A stretch of DNA of 64,000 nucleotides from Octopus sinensis (Eukaryota): NCBI RefSeq assembly GCF_006345805.1, contig NC_043019.1:16181360-16245359 (forward strand), given 5' to 3'. Numbering within the stretch: the stretch's first letter is position 1; each line of letters begins with the position of its first letter. The notes below the pieces were generated by a model. It did no database searches and was not told the origin of the DNA. It worked only from the letters and a program-made list of their open reading frames with translations. The position numbers were made by a program, and so were the translations under genes. Below, piece by piece: positions 39,558-54,135 of the stretch.

Positions 39558-40530
39558 CTTTCTTTTATTAGCCACACAGGGCTGAATACAGAGGGGACAA
39601 ATACAAATGCAGAGCTTTTCTTTTCGAGGGTGGAAAAAAATAAAAAATGTAAGGTTGCGATCAAAAGGGATCGAGAGGAGGAAAAAAAAGGAAAAAAAAG
39701 GAAAATCGTGTATCACAGAAATAATGGTGTAAACATTGATATAACAAGATTGGGTTCATCCGTGGGAAGAAAAGCCTACAGAAAAGACCACGGGAACCCC
39801 AGTCAGGGAGGAAATAAACACATGAGGTCAAAAATGCTCTCTTTTTTCTTTTTTTACGATCTACAGGATCATGCTCAAAATGGTTTCGTTACTAGCACGC
39901 ACCATCTTTGCAACATTCACCCATCTTTTTTTGAATCTTTCGCGAGACAAAACTTCCCTCTCCATTCTCACCTTCCTTTTCAAGTGGTACTTGAAAAAGT
40001 TGATGAGCGATTGGCCAGAGAGGTAAGTGTTTGTCTCTAATCCTTTCGCTCGAGTCCACCACACACATTCTTTCACCATGGCCACCAGTACGATGAAAAC
40101 TGCTTGCCTTCCGGTTGAGGGAAGGGGGCGGAGCAATTCTGACGATAGACTCGGCCGATAGGCGGATTCGTCCCACACGTGACAGCAGCCGTTCGGCATA
40201 AGCCCACAGGTCGGAAATGGTTGGACATTGCACGAGTGCGTGCAGAACGGTTTCGTCGCTCTGACCGCATCTCGGGCAAGTCGGTCCAGTGTGTCTGGAA
40301 CCGTGTCTGTAGAGCTTATCCCGAACAGGTAATGCTTCTCGATAGCACTGCCAGGCCAGGGATCTTTGGTGATTGTTCATAGGTCCCGGCCCGAAAGTTG
40401 TCCTGAACAGGCGGGTCAGGTGTTCCTCGTCGACGCCCAGACTCTGCCCGAGTTCGTCGTCGCACCTCCCCTCCACTAATCCTCTATAGAATGCCTTTGT
40501 TGTGATGGAGTCGCACAAGTTCGATCCCGG
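39557..40530 (-). mobile_element. Tx1/L1-like LINE copy C (diverged subfamily), flanked by (GATA)n
   Basis: [20 protein letters not shown]...LAWQCYREALPVRDKLYRHG...CPRCGQSDETVLHALVQC (RT-associated zinc-binding motif), one frameshift, 3' end GTGGCTAATAAAAGAAAGT-(TATC)n. Confidence 0.85.
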
Positions 40531-40579
40531 ATAGATAGATAGATAGATAGATAGATGGGTAGATAGATAGATAGGTAGG

Positions 40580-40611
<32 letters not shown>

Positions 40612-40612
40612 C

Positions 40613-40721
<109 letters not shown>

Positions 40722-40784
40722 CATAGATAGAGAGAGAGATACATACATATATACATACAAACATTATATATATATATATATATA

Positions 40785-41345
40785 TTCTTTTACTTGTTTC
40801 AGCCGTCTGACTGTGGCCATGCTGCAGCACCACCTTAAAGGGTTTTGGTCGAAGAAATCGACATCAGGACTTATTCTTTATAAACCCAGTATTTATTCTA
40901 TCCATTGCTTTCGCCGAACTGCTAAGTTACGGGGTCGTAAACACACCGACATCGGTTGTCAAGCGATGGTGGCAAGACAAACACAGACACTGTGACACAC
41001 ACATAAATATATACACATATGTACACAACGGGCTTCTTACAGTTTCCGCCTACCAAATCCACTGACAAGACTCTGGTCGGCTTGCCCAAAGTGCCACGCA
41101 TTGGGACTGAACCCGGGACCATGTGGTTGGGAAGCCAGCCTCTTACCACACAGTCATATTATACATGTCTTATCTTTTAGTTGTTTCAATCATTAGACTG
41201 TGGTCAGACTGGAGCACCACCTTTAAGAAGTTTTAGTAAAAGCCTGGTATTTATTCTATCATTTACCTTTTGTCGAGCCGCTAGGTTACGGGGACGTAAA
41301 AAGCCAACATCGGTTGTCAAGTGGTGGTGGCGGGACAAACACAAC
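40785..41345 (-). mobile_element. SINE family A, one full copy plus an adjacent 3' half
   Basis: Head near 41100-41155; 3' halves at 40785-40990 and 41170-41345. Confidence 0.8.
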
Positions 41346-41546
41346 ACAATGATACGCAAGCTTATATATGTGTGAGAGAGGTCGGAAGCGTCTTCTTAGC
41401 ATACAACCACGCCTATACACATACGCACACACACACACACAAACACCCCCCCCCCGCTCAAACATCCACACACAAGTAGATGTACATAGACACTTACCTA
41501 TCTATGCATTTCTCACTCTCTCGCTCTCTCTCACTCTCTCTCTCTC

Positions 41547-41590
<44 letters not shown>

Positions 41591-42039
41591 TATCTCACTC
41601 GTTCGCTCATTTCTTACTCTGCCATTATTTCATCTCTTATTTCCTTTTTCTTTTCTTCTTTTCTCCTCTATTACTCACGCTTCCCTTTCCTCTCTCACAC
41701 TATATTGCACTTCCTGCTCACCTGACGGCCGCCTTACAACTGACTATTTCTATCTTCCACCTATTGTAACACAGCCACTACTCCCACCTCCTCCCTTTCG
41801 CATTACTATAACATGATAGAAAGTATTTGAAACCCACAAATCAAAACAGTAACCTGGGTGGATCGAATGGATTAAAATGCCCGCCGCTACCTTGTTACAA
41901 CACTCCGGGGTTAAAATTGTTCCTGGGATCAATTTTTAACAATCATCCTTGGGGGAAGGTGAGTATCAATTAAACAAGTTAGTAATCAAGTACCGTTGTC
42001 TATATTATCGATTTCCCCCTACTTTTAAGGTCTTCTGTC

Positions 42040-42290
42040 TCCATAAGAAATCATTAAGGCAACATACCAACAAAATTGGTGGCGCGTCGCACAAAATGCT
42101 TTGCAAGATTCCTCCCGGCTATTTACGTTCCGAGTTCAAGTTTCGCTGAGGTCTTTACCTTTCATCCATCCTTTAGTGGTCGATAAAATAAAGTACTAGT
42201 TGAGCCCTGGAGTCGATCTAATCGATTGACCCCAACCCCACCCCAGAATTACTGGCCTTATGCCAAAATTTGAAAACCTTTTGGCAACTG
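42040..42290 (+). mobile_element. SINE family B
   Basis: CGTTCCGAGTTCAAG...CATCC...GTCGATAAAATAAAGTACTAGTTGAG...GGAGTCGATCTAATCGA...CTGGCCTTATGCCAAAATTTGAA. Confidence 0.75.
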
Positions 42291-42469
42291 TTATTAAAAG
42301 GCTGTGAGTGGAAGAATCGGCAAAACGCACGTCAGAATTTCTTACAGTAATTAGTTACAGCTCTTCATGTCCCGAGTTCAAATTGGGACACGAAGGGCTG
42401 TAACAGGTGTGAGAACATCATCAACAAGAACAAGAACAACAATAATAATGATAATGATAATAATAAAAA

Positions 42470-42625
42470 AAGGTGCCTTCTAACCGGTCTATCAATACCA
42501 ACAGATGACAATGTTTCTCCAAAAGAGAGGAGAAACTTTCCAAATACAAAGCCCTGGAAATAGAGGTAACTCGAATGTGGAGCCTAAAAACAGAAACAAT
42601 TCCTATCATAACAGGTGGACGGGGA
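42470..42625 (+). mobile_element. R4/Dong-type RLE fragment preceded by (AAT)n
   Basis: SIPTDDNVS...KLSKYKALEIEVTRMWSLKTETIPIITG (frameshifted) parallels the 4788-5141 protein. Confidence 0.7.
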
Positions 42626-43216
42626 TTGTTATCATTATCAATCCCAGCACTAGACTGGTCCTTTATTTTATCAAACTTGGGTGGGATTTGAACTTAGAAC
42701 GTAGAGCCAGAACTGCCAATCCTTTTACCCGATGCTCCATCGATCCTGCCACCTCGTCACCTCAAAGGCTTCAAGCTATTAAAAGGAAAGCCGCTGCCCC
42801 GGCCATAGATTTATATTTCTTCACACGGCAACGAGGCCGGATTGTAATAATGTTGTAAACCGAAATTACACAGGAAACCTTAAACATTTCAAACACAATT
42901 TTATTAAAGCCCTGCAAATATCACGCTCTTAATCATTATTATTATCATCATCATCATCATCGTCATCATCCTCGTCGTTGTTGTTGTTGTTGTTGTTGTC
43001 GTCGTCTTCGTCGTTGTTGTTGCCATGTTCAGCTTCAGCACTAAATAAACCTTCATTAATGATATTATCATCGGACAGATCCTCTTAATCATCACTTTTC
43101 GTAATTATAGGTTGTTGCACATCATCTGCTGCTTCAACAGCGTCATCATCATCATCATCATAAACATCGTCAATCATCATCAATTACCACCACCATTACC
43201 ACTACCACGATCATCG

Positions 43217-43250
<34 letters not shown>

Positions 43251-43889
43251 TACCACCACCATTACCACCACCACGATCATCGTCCTCATCATCATCGTCG
43301 TCATCATAATAGCTATCGTCATCATCATCATCACCCCTGCCAACATCATCATCATCATCACACTGATAAATATTCGTCTTCTCTTCCATCCATTACACGT
43401 TTCTTCAATGATTTTATAATAATTCCAGCTTTTATTTCCTGAACGATCCTCATCCCCACCTCCAAACAGAGGAGACCCACATACTTCAACCCCACCCCAC
43501 CCCCTCGCTTCATGTGCTGCACTCTTTTTCTCCCTCGCTCATCCATTTACATGGTTTCATCGTCGTCATGCCCTTAAATGGGTTTGTGATGCCAACAGCC
43601 ACTGCTTACAAAACAAGTCAACCAAGACTTACAGCCAAATCCCTATTCTGTCGATGCAACATTATCTTATATTTGTTTCAGTCACTGGGTCACGGCCATG
43701 CTGGAGCATAGCCTTGAAGGTCTTAATCGAAAGTATCTACCTCAGTAATTATTCTATAGATATCTTATGCCGAACCGCTAAGTTGCGTCGACACAAAGAA
43801 ACCAACACCAAGCTATCAAGCGATCTGTGGGACAATCACAAGCACAATGACCCACACACATACATACGTGCCTATATATATATATATAT

Positions 43890-43926
<37 letters not shown>

Positions 43927-43929
<3 letters not shown>

Positions 43930-45191
43930 TCATCCTATAAGTTATGTCCGATTTTACCTTTTTTAAAATTGAATGAAATTTAATAGTATTTTAGAATGTC
44001 TAATGGAATTAAAAATTATTTTTACGCATTTGTGTACATTTAAAGTAATTAAATATTATTTTACAGAATTTCTTTGATTAAAACCCTTCCTAACATGGAA
44101 GTATCCAAAGAGCATTTGTGGCACATATGCCTTAAGAGTACAAAAAAGGAAACTCTGCAGCCGAAGCGACTCGAAACATACACTCAGTTTATAGGAAAGC
44201 ATGCTTGAATGAAAGAACTTGCAGAAGATGGTTTGCAAAATTCAAAAGTGGAGATTTCAGCCTTAAAGATGAAGATCGAACAGGACGTCCAGTTGAGTTT
44301 GATGATAAGCTCCTTGAGGCATTACTTAAAGAAAATCCTGCATTATCAGTTGAACAATTGGCAATAAAGCTTAGTTCAAACCATACAACCGGTCATTGTC
44401 ATCTTCAACAACTTGGAAAGGTTCCTAAACTTGGAAAATGGTTGCCTCATGAATTGTCCGAAAGTAACCGCAAATCCCGAGTTGACATTTAGTCTCCTCT
44501 CCATTCTCGTGAATTCATTTCACCCTTTTTGGATAGACTTGTGCCTGGTGACGAAAAGTGGATCTTCTATCGAAAAGTTAAACGTCGTAAACAGTGGCTT
44601 GGTAAAAGGGAAAAGGCTCAACCAAAACCGAGAAGGGAACTTCATGGAAAAAAAGGCTCTTCTCTCCATCTGGTGGGATTGCAAAGGAGTAATTCACTTT
44701 GAATTGTTACCACCTAATGCAACAATCAATGCTCAAGTCTACTGTCAGCAATTAGAGTGTTTGAACCAAGCTTTGAAGAAAAAAAAGACCCGCTTTAGTG
44801 AATCGAAAAAGAGTGATGTTTCATCAGGACAATGCGCGACCCCACACTGCAAAGATCACATCAGAGAAGATCGAAGAGCTTGGTTGGGGAAAAATTCCTC
44901 ATCCACCTTATTCTCCCGACCTTGCTCCTTCAGACTACCATTTGTTTACAGAATCATTTGGGGGACATAACTTTCGCAAGCCAGGAAGAGGGCGAAACTG
45001 ACATTTCTGAGTTCTTTGCTTTGAAACCAAAAGAGTTTTACATTGATGGGATTAAAAAGCTCGTAAATAGATGGAAGGAAGTCATAGATAATCAGGGAAA
45101 GTACATTGATGATTAAATTTCAATTAAAAATAACATTTGATCACTTGTTTACTTTATTCAGAATTCAGACAGAACTTATGGGATGACCTAA
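43927..45191 (+). mobile_element. Mariner transposon, near full length, inactive transposase (~44095-45116)
   Basis: TIRs GTCATCCTATAAGTTATGTCCGA (43929) and the reverse complement of TCAGACAGAACTTATGGGATGAC (~45165-45187), TA flanks; motifs WFAKFKSG, GKWLPHEL, GDEKW, FHQDNARPH and YSPDLAPSDYHLF (D,D34D) split by frameshifts. Confidence 0.95.
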
Positions 45192-45199
45192 TATATGTT

Positions 45200-45590
45200 C
45201 TTTTATTCTTTTACTTGTTTCAGTCATTTGACTGAGACCATGCTGGAGCACCCTCTTTAGTCGCACAAGTCGACCCCAGGACTTATTATTTGTAAGCCTA
45301 GTACTTATTCTATCAATCTCTTTTGCTGAACAGGTAAGTTACGGGGACATAAACAGACCAGCATCGGTTGTCAAGCGATGGTGTGGGGACAAATACAGAC
45401 ACACAAATACACACACACACATATATATATATATGCATATATATGACGGGCTTCTTTCAGTTTCTGTCAACCAAAGCTACTCACAAGGCTTTGGTTGGCC
45501 CGAGGCTATGGTAGAAAACAACTGCCCAGAGACTGAACCTGGAACCATGTGGTTGGGAAACAAACTTCTTACCACACAACCACTCCAGTA
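45200..45590 (-). mobile_element. SINE family A, near full length
   Basis: Both halves present with internal (CA)n(TA)n. Confidence 0.85.
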
Positions 45591-46586
45591 TATATTATAC
45601 ATTCCCCCTCACCCACCCACCCCCACACACACATATGCATATAGAGTGGAAGTGAGTGTTCAACATCGCATTCAGTGAATAAATTTATGCCTGACAAAAG
45701 AACTGATTTACAAGGCTGACATAACTGACGTGAATGGAACGACAAGAACTGACATTGGAACGGTTGGAAATAGCCCCAAGAAAAGAGAAATGCAACGCCT
45801 GGGTTCAAAAAAGAGATAAGAACAAAAGACATAGAAATTCTTTATCTAATATGGCATGGAATCTTAAACGGTACGTGACCCACATCAGCCGTGAAAGGGA
45901 GCGTAAATCTCTCCTTCCGCCCGTAGACTGGTGGGTGGGGTCACTTTGGACAATTTCTAGCAACTCCTTAGCCTTTCGCGCCAAGGATACGGTGAAGACG
46001 CCGGCAGCAGAACGTTGGGTAACCGACAAGATGGAGAATTCCTAGACCAATAGCCTGGAGATTGTTGGAATCAAGCGGAAGCTCTGTACCAACAGACAAC
46101 CAAGTGAGGTGCTTCTGCAGGGCAGCCTTATCGTGGACTATACTCGTTCCACTTTTGGACACCACTTGGTACTTGGCGTGGAACCTTAGAAAGGTCGCCT
46201 GGTGGAGGTGGTGGGGGACGATGTGAATGACCTTACTCACCGCCCAAAGTATTTTATTCGATCTTTGAACAGAACAGTCAACGTCCACCGAAGACGGACA
46301 AACAACGACGACGACGACGACGGTGGAACATGAAAGACAGGGACATCGACAGTCCCCATATAAACTGGAGCATCATAGCTAAGGCCAGCAAATGTAAGGA
46401 CCAAGACAGCTGATGTAACTTTTGTATCCAAGAGAAATTAACCTTCATAAGTGTAGCAGAGGAGATTTTGAACATTAGAGAAGGAACATTCTTCCCTTGC
46501 AATTTAAACTACGAAATTTCAAGCGTTGTCTCTAATCCCCCGCGCCACCAATCCAGCCAGGAATTAAGCACAATATACTCAATATC

Positions 46587-47781
46587 AGGTAATGGCCGAG
46601 TTTTTAGAAAACAGCTTTTTTAAATTGTGCCTCTTGCAATGTTTTAAGAATGTCACAATGAGTAATTTGTACATTTTTTTTTCAGATTCTGATTGCATTG
46701 GCCATAATCTCCGGCCATATTAGCACCCGTGTTCGTCCCATCTAAAAATCACATTGGACATGCCTTACTCTATGAGTTTCATAAAAGTGTCAGTAAAAGC
46801 ACAGCAGCAAAGTCTCTTCAAAGAGTTTATGGCGATGATGTAGTGAGTGAAAGAAGTTGCAGGAGATGGTTTTCTCGGTTCAGAAGTAGGGATTTGAGTT
46901 TGAAAGATGAGCCAAAAGAAGGTCGTTCAAAACAACTTGGTTATGAAGAGTTGGAAGCTGTTGTCACAGAAAATCCAACCGCTACTTGTAGAGAACTTGC
47001 AGAACAGTTTTACGTAGCCCATACCCGTGTTCTACGCTGAATGAAAAGGATCGGAAAGGTTTCAGTGATTGGAAAATGGGTCCCGCACGAACTCTCTCCA
47101 GAGAATCTGCAACAGCGCGTTGTTTGTTGTCAGTCAATGCCTTCACGACACCTCAAGGGACGATTTTTAGGAAGGCTTGTTACAGGTGATGAGAAGTGGA
47201 TCCTGTACCATAACGTTAAACGCCGCCGGTCGTGGATCAGTCGAGGAGGAAGACCTGTTCAACAACCAAGAGGAGGACTTCATCCAAGGAAGATCATGTT
47301 GAGTTTATGGTGGGATAATGAAGGAATTGTCGATTACGAACTGTTAGACAACGATCATCGTTTGAGCGCTGCTTTGGACAGAAAGCGACCCTGTTGAGTC
47401 AACAGAAAGGGTGCCATCTTTCACCATGATAATGCTCGTCCTCACACAGCTCGACTGACCAAAGGTCTCTTGGAAGAGCTTTGTTGGGAAATATTGCTTC
47501 ATCCTCTATATCCCCTATCCCCCTTCTGTTTCGGGGGCCACGGAACCATTTGAATGGTCTTAGGTTGACATCAAAGGAAGTGGTTGAAAATGAGTTGGAT
47601 GCATATTTCGCATCAAAACCTTAACAGTTTTAGAAATGTGGCACTTATAAGCTTGTTAACAGATGGAATGAAGTTCTAGAAAGCAATGGAAGTTATGGTA
47701 ACGAATAAATATTGTCTTAATCATGGGCTTTTTCATTTTTAACGGAGACCTTAAAATCGGCCATTACCTTTGCACCGACAT
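46587..47781 (+). mobile_element. Second mariner transposon (different subfamily), inactive
   Basis: TIR core AGGTAATGGCCGA (46587) and its reverse complement at ~47757-47769; LLYEF..., RRWFSRFRS, GKWVPHEL, VTGDEKW and HHDNARPHTA with an in-frame stop at 47038-47040 and frameshifts. Confidence 0.92.
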
Positions 47782-47821
47782 GAAACACATATACTCCCAG
47801 GAACTCATGCCAGGATCTTAA

Positions 47822-47896
<75 letters not shown>

Positions 47897-48327
47897 GTGA
47901 AACTATAATGACTTTCCAGAAACTGACTGATGAGGAAATTTGCTGCGAATGGTCCGTGTATCTTGTTTCTGTCCCGTTTGTTGTTCTTTATGTTATCGCT
48001 TATTTTTCCAGCATGGTGTGTTTTGTTCGAGTCCACTTGCTATGTTTTTGTCTTACCTTTGATTTATACATATGTATGTATGTATGATGTATGTATGTAT
48101 GTATGTATGTATGTATGTATGTATGTATGCATGTATGTATGTATGTATGTATGTATGTATGTATGTGTATGTATGCATATGGTTACGCATGAATGATGTC
48201 ACCGTATAATGCAATTATTTTATTGAATGCAAATTCTTGCAAAAAGCCAAGCTCAATGCAAGGGAAATGACAAAAACGTCCCAAAATAAGTTGCCTCGTC
48301 ATATCTGTGTCTCTATGAGTTTTGAAG

Positions 48328-48367
<40 letters not shown>

Positions 48368-48424
48368 ATACACACACATTCATCGTTTTATAATCTTAAC
48401 AAGTAAGATTATAAAACGATGAAT

Positions 48425-48644
48425 GTGTGTGTCGGCCATGTTGGGGCATAGCCTTGAAGAATTTTTAGTCGAATGAATCGACCCGAAGACTTTTCTTTAA
48501 GCCTGATACTTGTAAAAAGGTTTCTCTTGCCGAACCGTGAAGTTACGGGGACGTAAACACATCAACACCGGTTGTCAAATGATGATGGTGGAGCACACAA
48601 AAGCAGAGACACACAGATATGTGTGTGTATATATATATATATAT

Positions 48645-48689
<45 letters not shown>

Positions 48690-48790
48690 TCACAGGGCTT
48701 TAGTTAGCTCGAGCCTATGGTAGAAAACACTTGCCCAAGGTGGCATACAGTGGGACTGAACCAGGAAAATGTGGTTGGGGAGCAAGCGTT
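48425..48790 (-). mobile_element. SINE family A, diverged
   Basis: GCCGAACCGTGAAGTTACGGGGACGTAAAC...CTTGCCCAAGGTGGCATACAGTGGGACTGAACC. Confidence 0.8.
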
Positions 48791-49339
48791 AATGGTCCTG
48801 AGTGAAAGGCATGAACGTCACAACCTCCCGTGAGACGTTGCCACGAAACATGGGGTTTCTGTTGGTTGCTTTAAATGGGACGAATGAAGAAAACGAAAGA
48901 GGGTTTTTAATGAAGGAAAGAAGTAACAACCTTGTGAACGAACGAATTAGTAAAGAGACCAATAAATGAATGAATGAATAAAAGGAATGAGTGAGTGAAT
49001 GAATGAGTGAAAGAACAATTGACTGAATTAAGGAAGGAAGAAGTGAACAAATGAATGAAAGAATGAATTTATAAATGAAATATTGAATGAACGAATGATT
49101 TGAATGATGAACAACTGGTTAAACGAACGGACAATGAGTGAATGAATTAGGAATTAGCGCACAATCTTTCTCTTTCTTTCAATCTCTTTTTCTCTCCCTC
49201 TCTCCCTCTCTCCCTCTCTCCCTCACCCTCTCTTCCTTTCTTCGCCTCTCCCTCTCTTTCTCTTTCACTCTCTTTTTCTCTCTCTTACACACACGGAAGC
49301 GCAAACACAAACACCGACACACAGACACACTCATTCAAG

Positions 49340-50039
49340 CAGCATTCATACTCGGAAACTTGTAGAAACGCACACACACACATGCACTCACGCACGCATG
49401 CACACACACACATGCACACACACACGCACACACACACGCATGCACACACACACACACACATGCACACACACACACATGCACACACACACACATGCACACA
49501 CACACGCACACACACACGCATGCACACACACACACACATGCACACACACACATGCACTCACGCACGCATCTGCCCACATTGATAGACTCATGCAAATACT
49601 TGCGCTCTGACACACAACTCAACATACTTACTGACCTACTGACTCTTACACACACACACACACACACAGACACGCACACACACACACACCACACAACACA
49701 CACACACAGACACGCGCACACACACACACACACTGATGCACACAGAAATACGCACATAAAACGTGCGCAATAACTGCACACACGCATGTGCACACTCACA
49801 CATACCTGAACGCACACACACACACTCACGCATACACTCACACGTACACTCACACACATACACATTGACAATAAATCCACACCGATTCACACACAAGTAC
49901 ACACATGTAGGAATACTTAAAAACGCACACAAACACATACATACACACACACACACATACACATACACGTGCACTCGAACACACCCCCAATACATACCTG
50001 TACGCACGCACTAGCATTAAAACACGCACTCATACAGGT

Positions 50040-50073
<34 letters not shown>

Positions 50074-50270
50074 GTGCACTGTAGCACTGACACACACCTG
50101 CACGCACACACTGACACATACGGGTATTAACACGCGCGCACGCACTCTGACACACTGACACATACGCAGTGACATACTGACACATACTGACGCACGCACA
50201 CACGCACCTACACACACACACACACACGCATACACACGCACACACGCACTGACACACTGACACACTCTGC
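49340..50270. repeat. Long degenerate (CA)n-derived tract
   Basis: CA, CACG and CATG variants over ~900 bp. Confidence 0.9.
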
Positions 50271-50729
50271 TGCAGCTGCCAACACAGCAAACTCCATGTT
50301 ACGCTATAAAATTGCCTCACAGCCATTTTATCTCATCTTCGCCATATTTCCTCTTCGGTTTTTTTTGTGTGGCGGTGGAGAAGGGGGGGGTTCAGGGTTT
50401 TTTTTGCTATCTTCCGCCGCCGCCACCACCACCACCACCACTATAACCGCCACCACAATCATCACCACCACCACTACCACCACTTCTACTGGTGCTACCG
50501 CTGCTATCATCATCGCTCTCAGCCACCACCAACCCTACCACCACCACCCGTAACCAAACGACCACTACTAACATCACCACCACCACCACCACCACCTCCA
50601 TCTCTATATCTTCCCCTTCACCCATTCTATCGATTATTCCATTTCCTTGCTGCTACTGCTACTACCACTGCTGCTACCACTGCTGCTACCACTGCTGCTG
50701 TTGCTGCTGCTGCTGCTGGCTGTTATTCC

Positions 50730-51124
50730 ACCTTTTATTATTACTCGGATGCACCTTCATTCATTCCTCCACCCTTTTTATTTCTTCTCTCATTCATTCA
50801 TTCAATCATATTGCATTCATTCAACTCTCTGCCCTTCGCCGTTTCACTGCATTCATCTATTCTCATTCTTCCTTTCATCTTCTCCCCCACCCCCTCCTCC
50901 TCCTCCTCCTCTCCCTTCTCTCCGCCACCCCTACCCTCATTCGCTCTCTCATTCACTTTCCATTTCATTCACTTATCTTGTTTCAAAGGAAATTATTCAT
51001 TATTTTTTCTGTCATCCCTTTTCGCTTATTCCATTCTTCCATTCATCATCAATCAATCAATCAATCAATCAATCATATACACCCCGTGTCATTGCACTCA
51101 TTCATTCATTCTTATTTTCTCTCT

Positions 51125-51168
<44 letters not shown>

Positions 51169-52020
51169 CATTCATTCATTCCTATTGTTTTTCTATTTTC
51201 TATTATTCCCTTTTCTCTTATTCTTTGTTTCTTTCTCATTTTTCATTCGCTTAATTTCACGACACTCATTCATTAATTTATTCCTTCTCTCTTATTCTCT
51301 TTCGTTCTCCCCACCTTCACTCAACAGCATTCATTCTTTCTTATTTTTTCTCTCTTATTCCTTCTTTCGTTCCTCTCTCATTCATTCAATGCTTCTTCGC
51401 CATATTCGTTGTTTTCATTCTTCCAAAACCTTTTTCTTTGGATTTATTTCTCAATCTTCCTTCTCTCGTTCACTTATTCATTCCTCACCCTATTTCTTAG
51501 CGCTCATTCTTTATTCTTTATTCTTTTCTTCAGTCACTCATTTGTCCATTCATTCCCCATCATCTTGTGACATTCATTCATCTTTCTGCCTTCCATTATT
51601 CATTCATTCCTTACCTTATTTCTTTGTATTCCGTCTTTTTTTATTTTCTTATTTCCCGTTTTACCTCTTTCTTTATTCGTTCAGTATTCATTCATTCATT
51701 CATTTCACTCACTCTTTCTAACTTCTTTCCCACTCATTCATTCATTTAATTCGTCCTCAACTTACATCATTACCTTTATTCAACCACACATTCATTCACA
51801 TTTATTCATTCCCTCTTCTTAATCCTTCTTTTCATTCAACCTTTCATCATCTCATTTTCCTCCATTATTCGCTCATCGACCTCCAATCAATCGCTTATTC
51901 AGCTTATTTCATCGAAGGCATTCATTATTCTTCATTCTCACTTTCATTCATCGATTCATTCAAAACCCTAATCTCTAATCTCTTTCCTCTGTCCACTCAT
52001 TTATTACAGCCTTCACCCAC
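50730..52020. repeat. ~1.3-kb pyrimidine-rich tract derived from (TTCA)n and (TC)n
   Basis: Recurrent ATTCATTC and CTCT with very few G on the plus strand; explains the 409-aa stop-free frame. Confidence 0.85.
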
Positions 52021-52098
52021 CTCTCTACACACACACACGAAAACACACACACACATTTATATATGTGTGTGTGTACGTATGTATATATATATATATAA

Positions 52099-52142
<44 letters not shown>

Positions 52143-52926
52143 GCATGTAAATATATTTATGCATGTATACACACACACACATTTATTTATATATATACAT
52201 AAACATATGTAAGTATATACGCACGCACACACGAACACACACACCATTCACAGATCCCTTCAGTCATTCATTAAAAAGAACCCCTTCTTTCTTCTCTCGT
52301 TCCCTTCTTTCATTTCTCCAATTCTTCATTCCTTCTGTCTTTCACTCTTTGCAACCTGCTTCACTTTCCGCTTCACTGGTTCAACACTACTACCTCGCCA
52401 CCACCACCACCACTACCACCCTGCCGTACCACCTTCGCCTTTCTCCCCCACCCCGTTCTCTTTCTCAATGCAATCAAACACACACACACACACCCTCCGG
52501 AGTACAAACATCCACACTCCCACCCTGCACTTCGCTCAGCCTGTTATAGAAATTGGATACATTTCAATCAATCGATGGATCAATACCATATTTTCTTCTC
52601 TCTCTCGCACACACACACATAAACACACGCACATACACACATATGTATACATATATGTGTGTGTATATATATATATATATTATATATATTTATATAATCA
52701 TATATATACACGTACATATAATTACATATATCTGCATGTACATATCACATGCGTGCATATTTATCACACACACACACACACACACACACATGTGTACATA
52801 GGCAAACATTGTTTTGGCACGGCACTATACATTATGCAATTTCTTCCTCCCACACAAGTGTTCGCACATACAAATATGTACATACGTATATACCCGCACA
52901 CACACACACACAACACACACACACAC

Positions 52927-53008
<82 letters not shown>

Positions 53009-53404
53009 GTATATACCCGCTCACATCCCTCTAGGCATCTAACATGACAATTTTCCAGTGCATGGTTGTGGCTGCAAGTGTGAAAAGAGTGAACACGAGA
53101 CTCCGTGTGTCTGTGTGTCCGTGTGTGGAAACCCTTAGGATATGAGATCACCGACCGCAGAAATTGATTGGAACAATTATAGAAACGCAAACCAATTCTG
53201 TGTGTTGTCATATGATGTAAAGGGTTTCAACCCCACCCCACCACCACCAACTGCAATATGTACATGCATTGGGGGGGAGGGATATGTATATATATATATG
53301 TATATACGTGTAAGTGTATGTGCATATATATATATATATATATAGGTAGGTATGAGTGTAAATATATGCGTGTGTGTCTATGTATGTATGCGTGTGTCTG
53401 TGTG

Positions 53405-53439
<35 letters not shown>

Positions 53440-53547
53440 CTGTGTGTATATATATATGTATGTATGTGTGTGTCTGTGTGCATATATATGTGTGTGTTTA
53501 TATCTATATATACATACGTTTGTTGCGTATGTTTGTATGTATGTATG

Positions 53548-53595
<48 letters not shown>

Positions 53596-53751
53596 TATAT
53601 ATATTATATTATATATATAATGGCGGTGCCCCAGCATGGCCACAGCTCATAAGCTGAAACTAGAATCAATCAATCAATCATATATATAATATTATAATAT
53701 ATATATATATATACACATACACACACACACACATATAAATATATATATGTT

Positions 53752-53961
53752 GGCGCAGGAGTGGCTGTGTGGTAAGAAGCTTGCTTATCAACCACATGAA
53801 TCCAGGTTCAGCCCCACCGCGTGGCACCTTGGGCAGGTGCCTTCTACTATAACCTCGGGCCGACCAAAGCCTTGTGAGTGGATTTGGTTGGTAGACGGAA
53901 ACTGAAAGAAGCCCGTTGTATATATATACATACATACACATATATATATTTGTGTGTGTGT

Positions 53962-53992
<31 letters not shown>

Positions 53993-54135
53993 GATACATA
54001 TATGTGTGTGTGTGTGTGTGTGTACTGTGTTTGTCCCTACTAGGCTTACAAAGAAGAAGTCCTGGGGTCGATTTGCTCAACTGAAGGCTGTGCTCCAGCA
54101 TGGCTGCAGTCAAATGACTGAAACAAATAAAAGAA
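53752..54135 (+). mobile_element. SINE family A with intact head
   Basis: GGCGCAGGAGTGGCTGTGTGGTAAGAAGCTTGCTT...CCAGGTTCAGCCCC head; internally deleted 3' half. Confidence 0.85.

Noticed and set aside
38465-39716. 399-aa and 358-aa ORFs
   Set aside because: These are translations of the (TATC)n array (YLSI repeats) fused to LINE fragments, not genes.
50367-51721. 295-, 409- and 209-aa ORFs
   Set aside because: They are stop-free because the strand is C/T-rich low-complexity sequence; no domain is recognisable.
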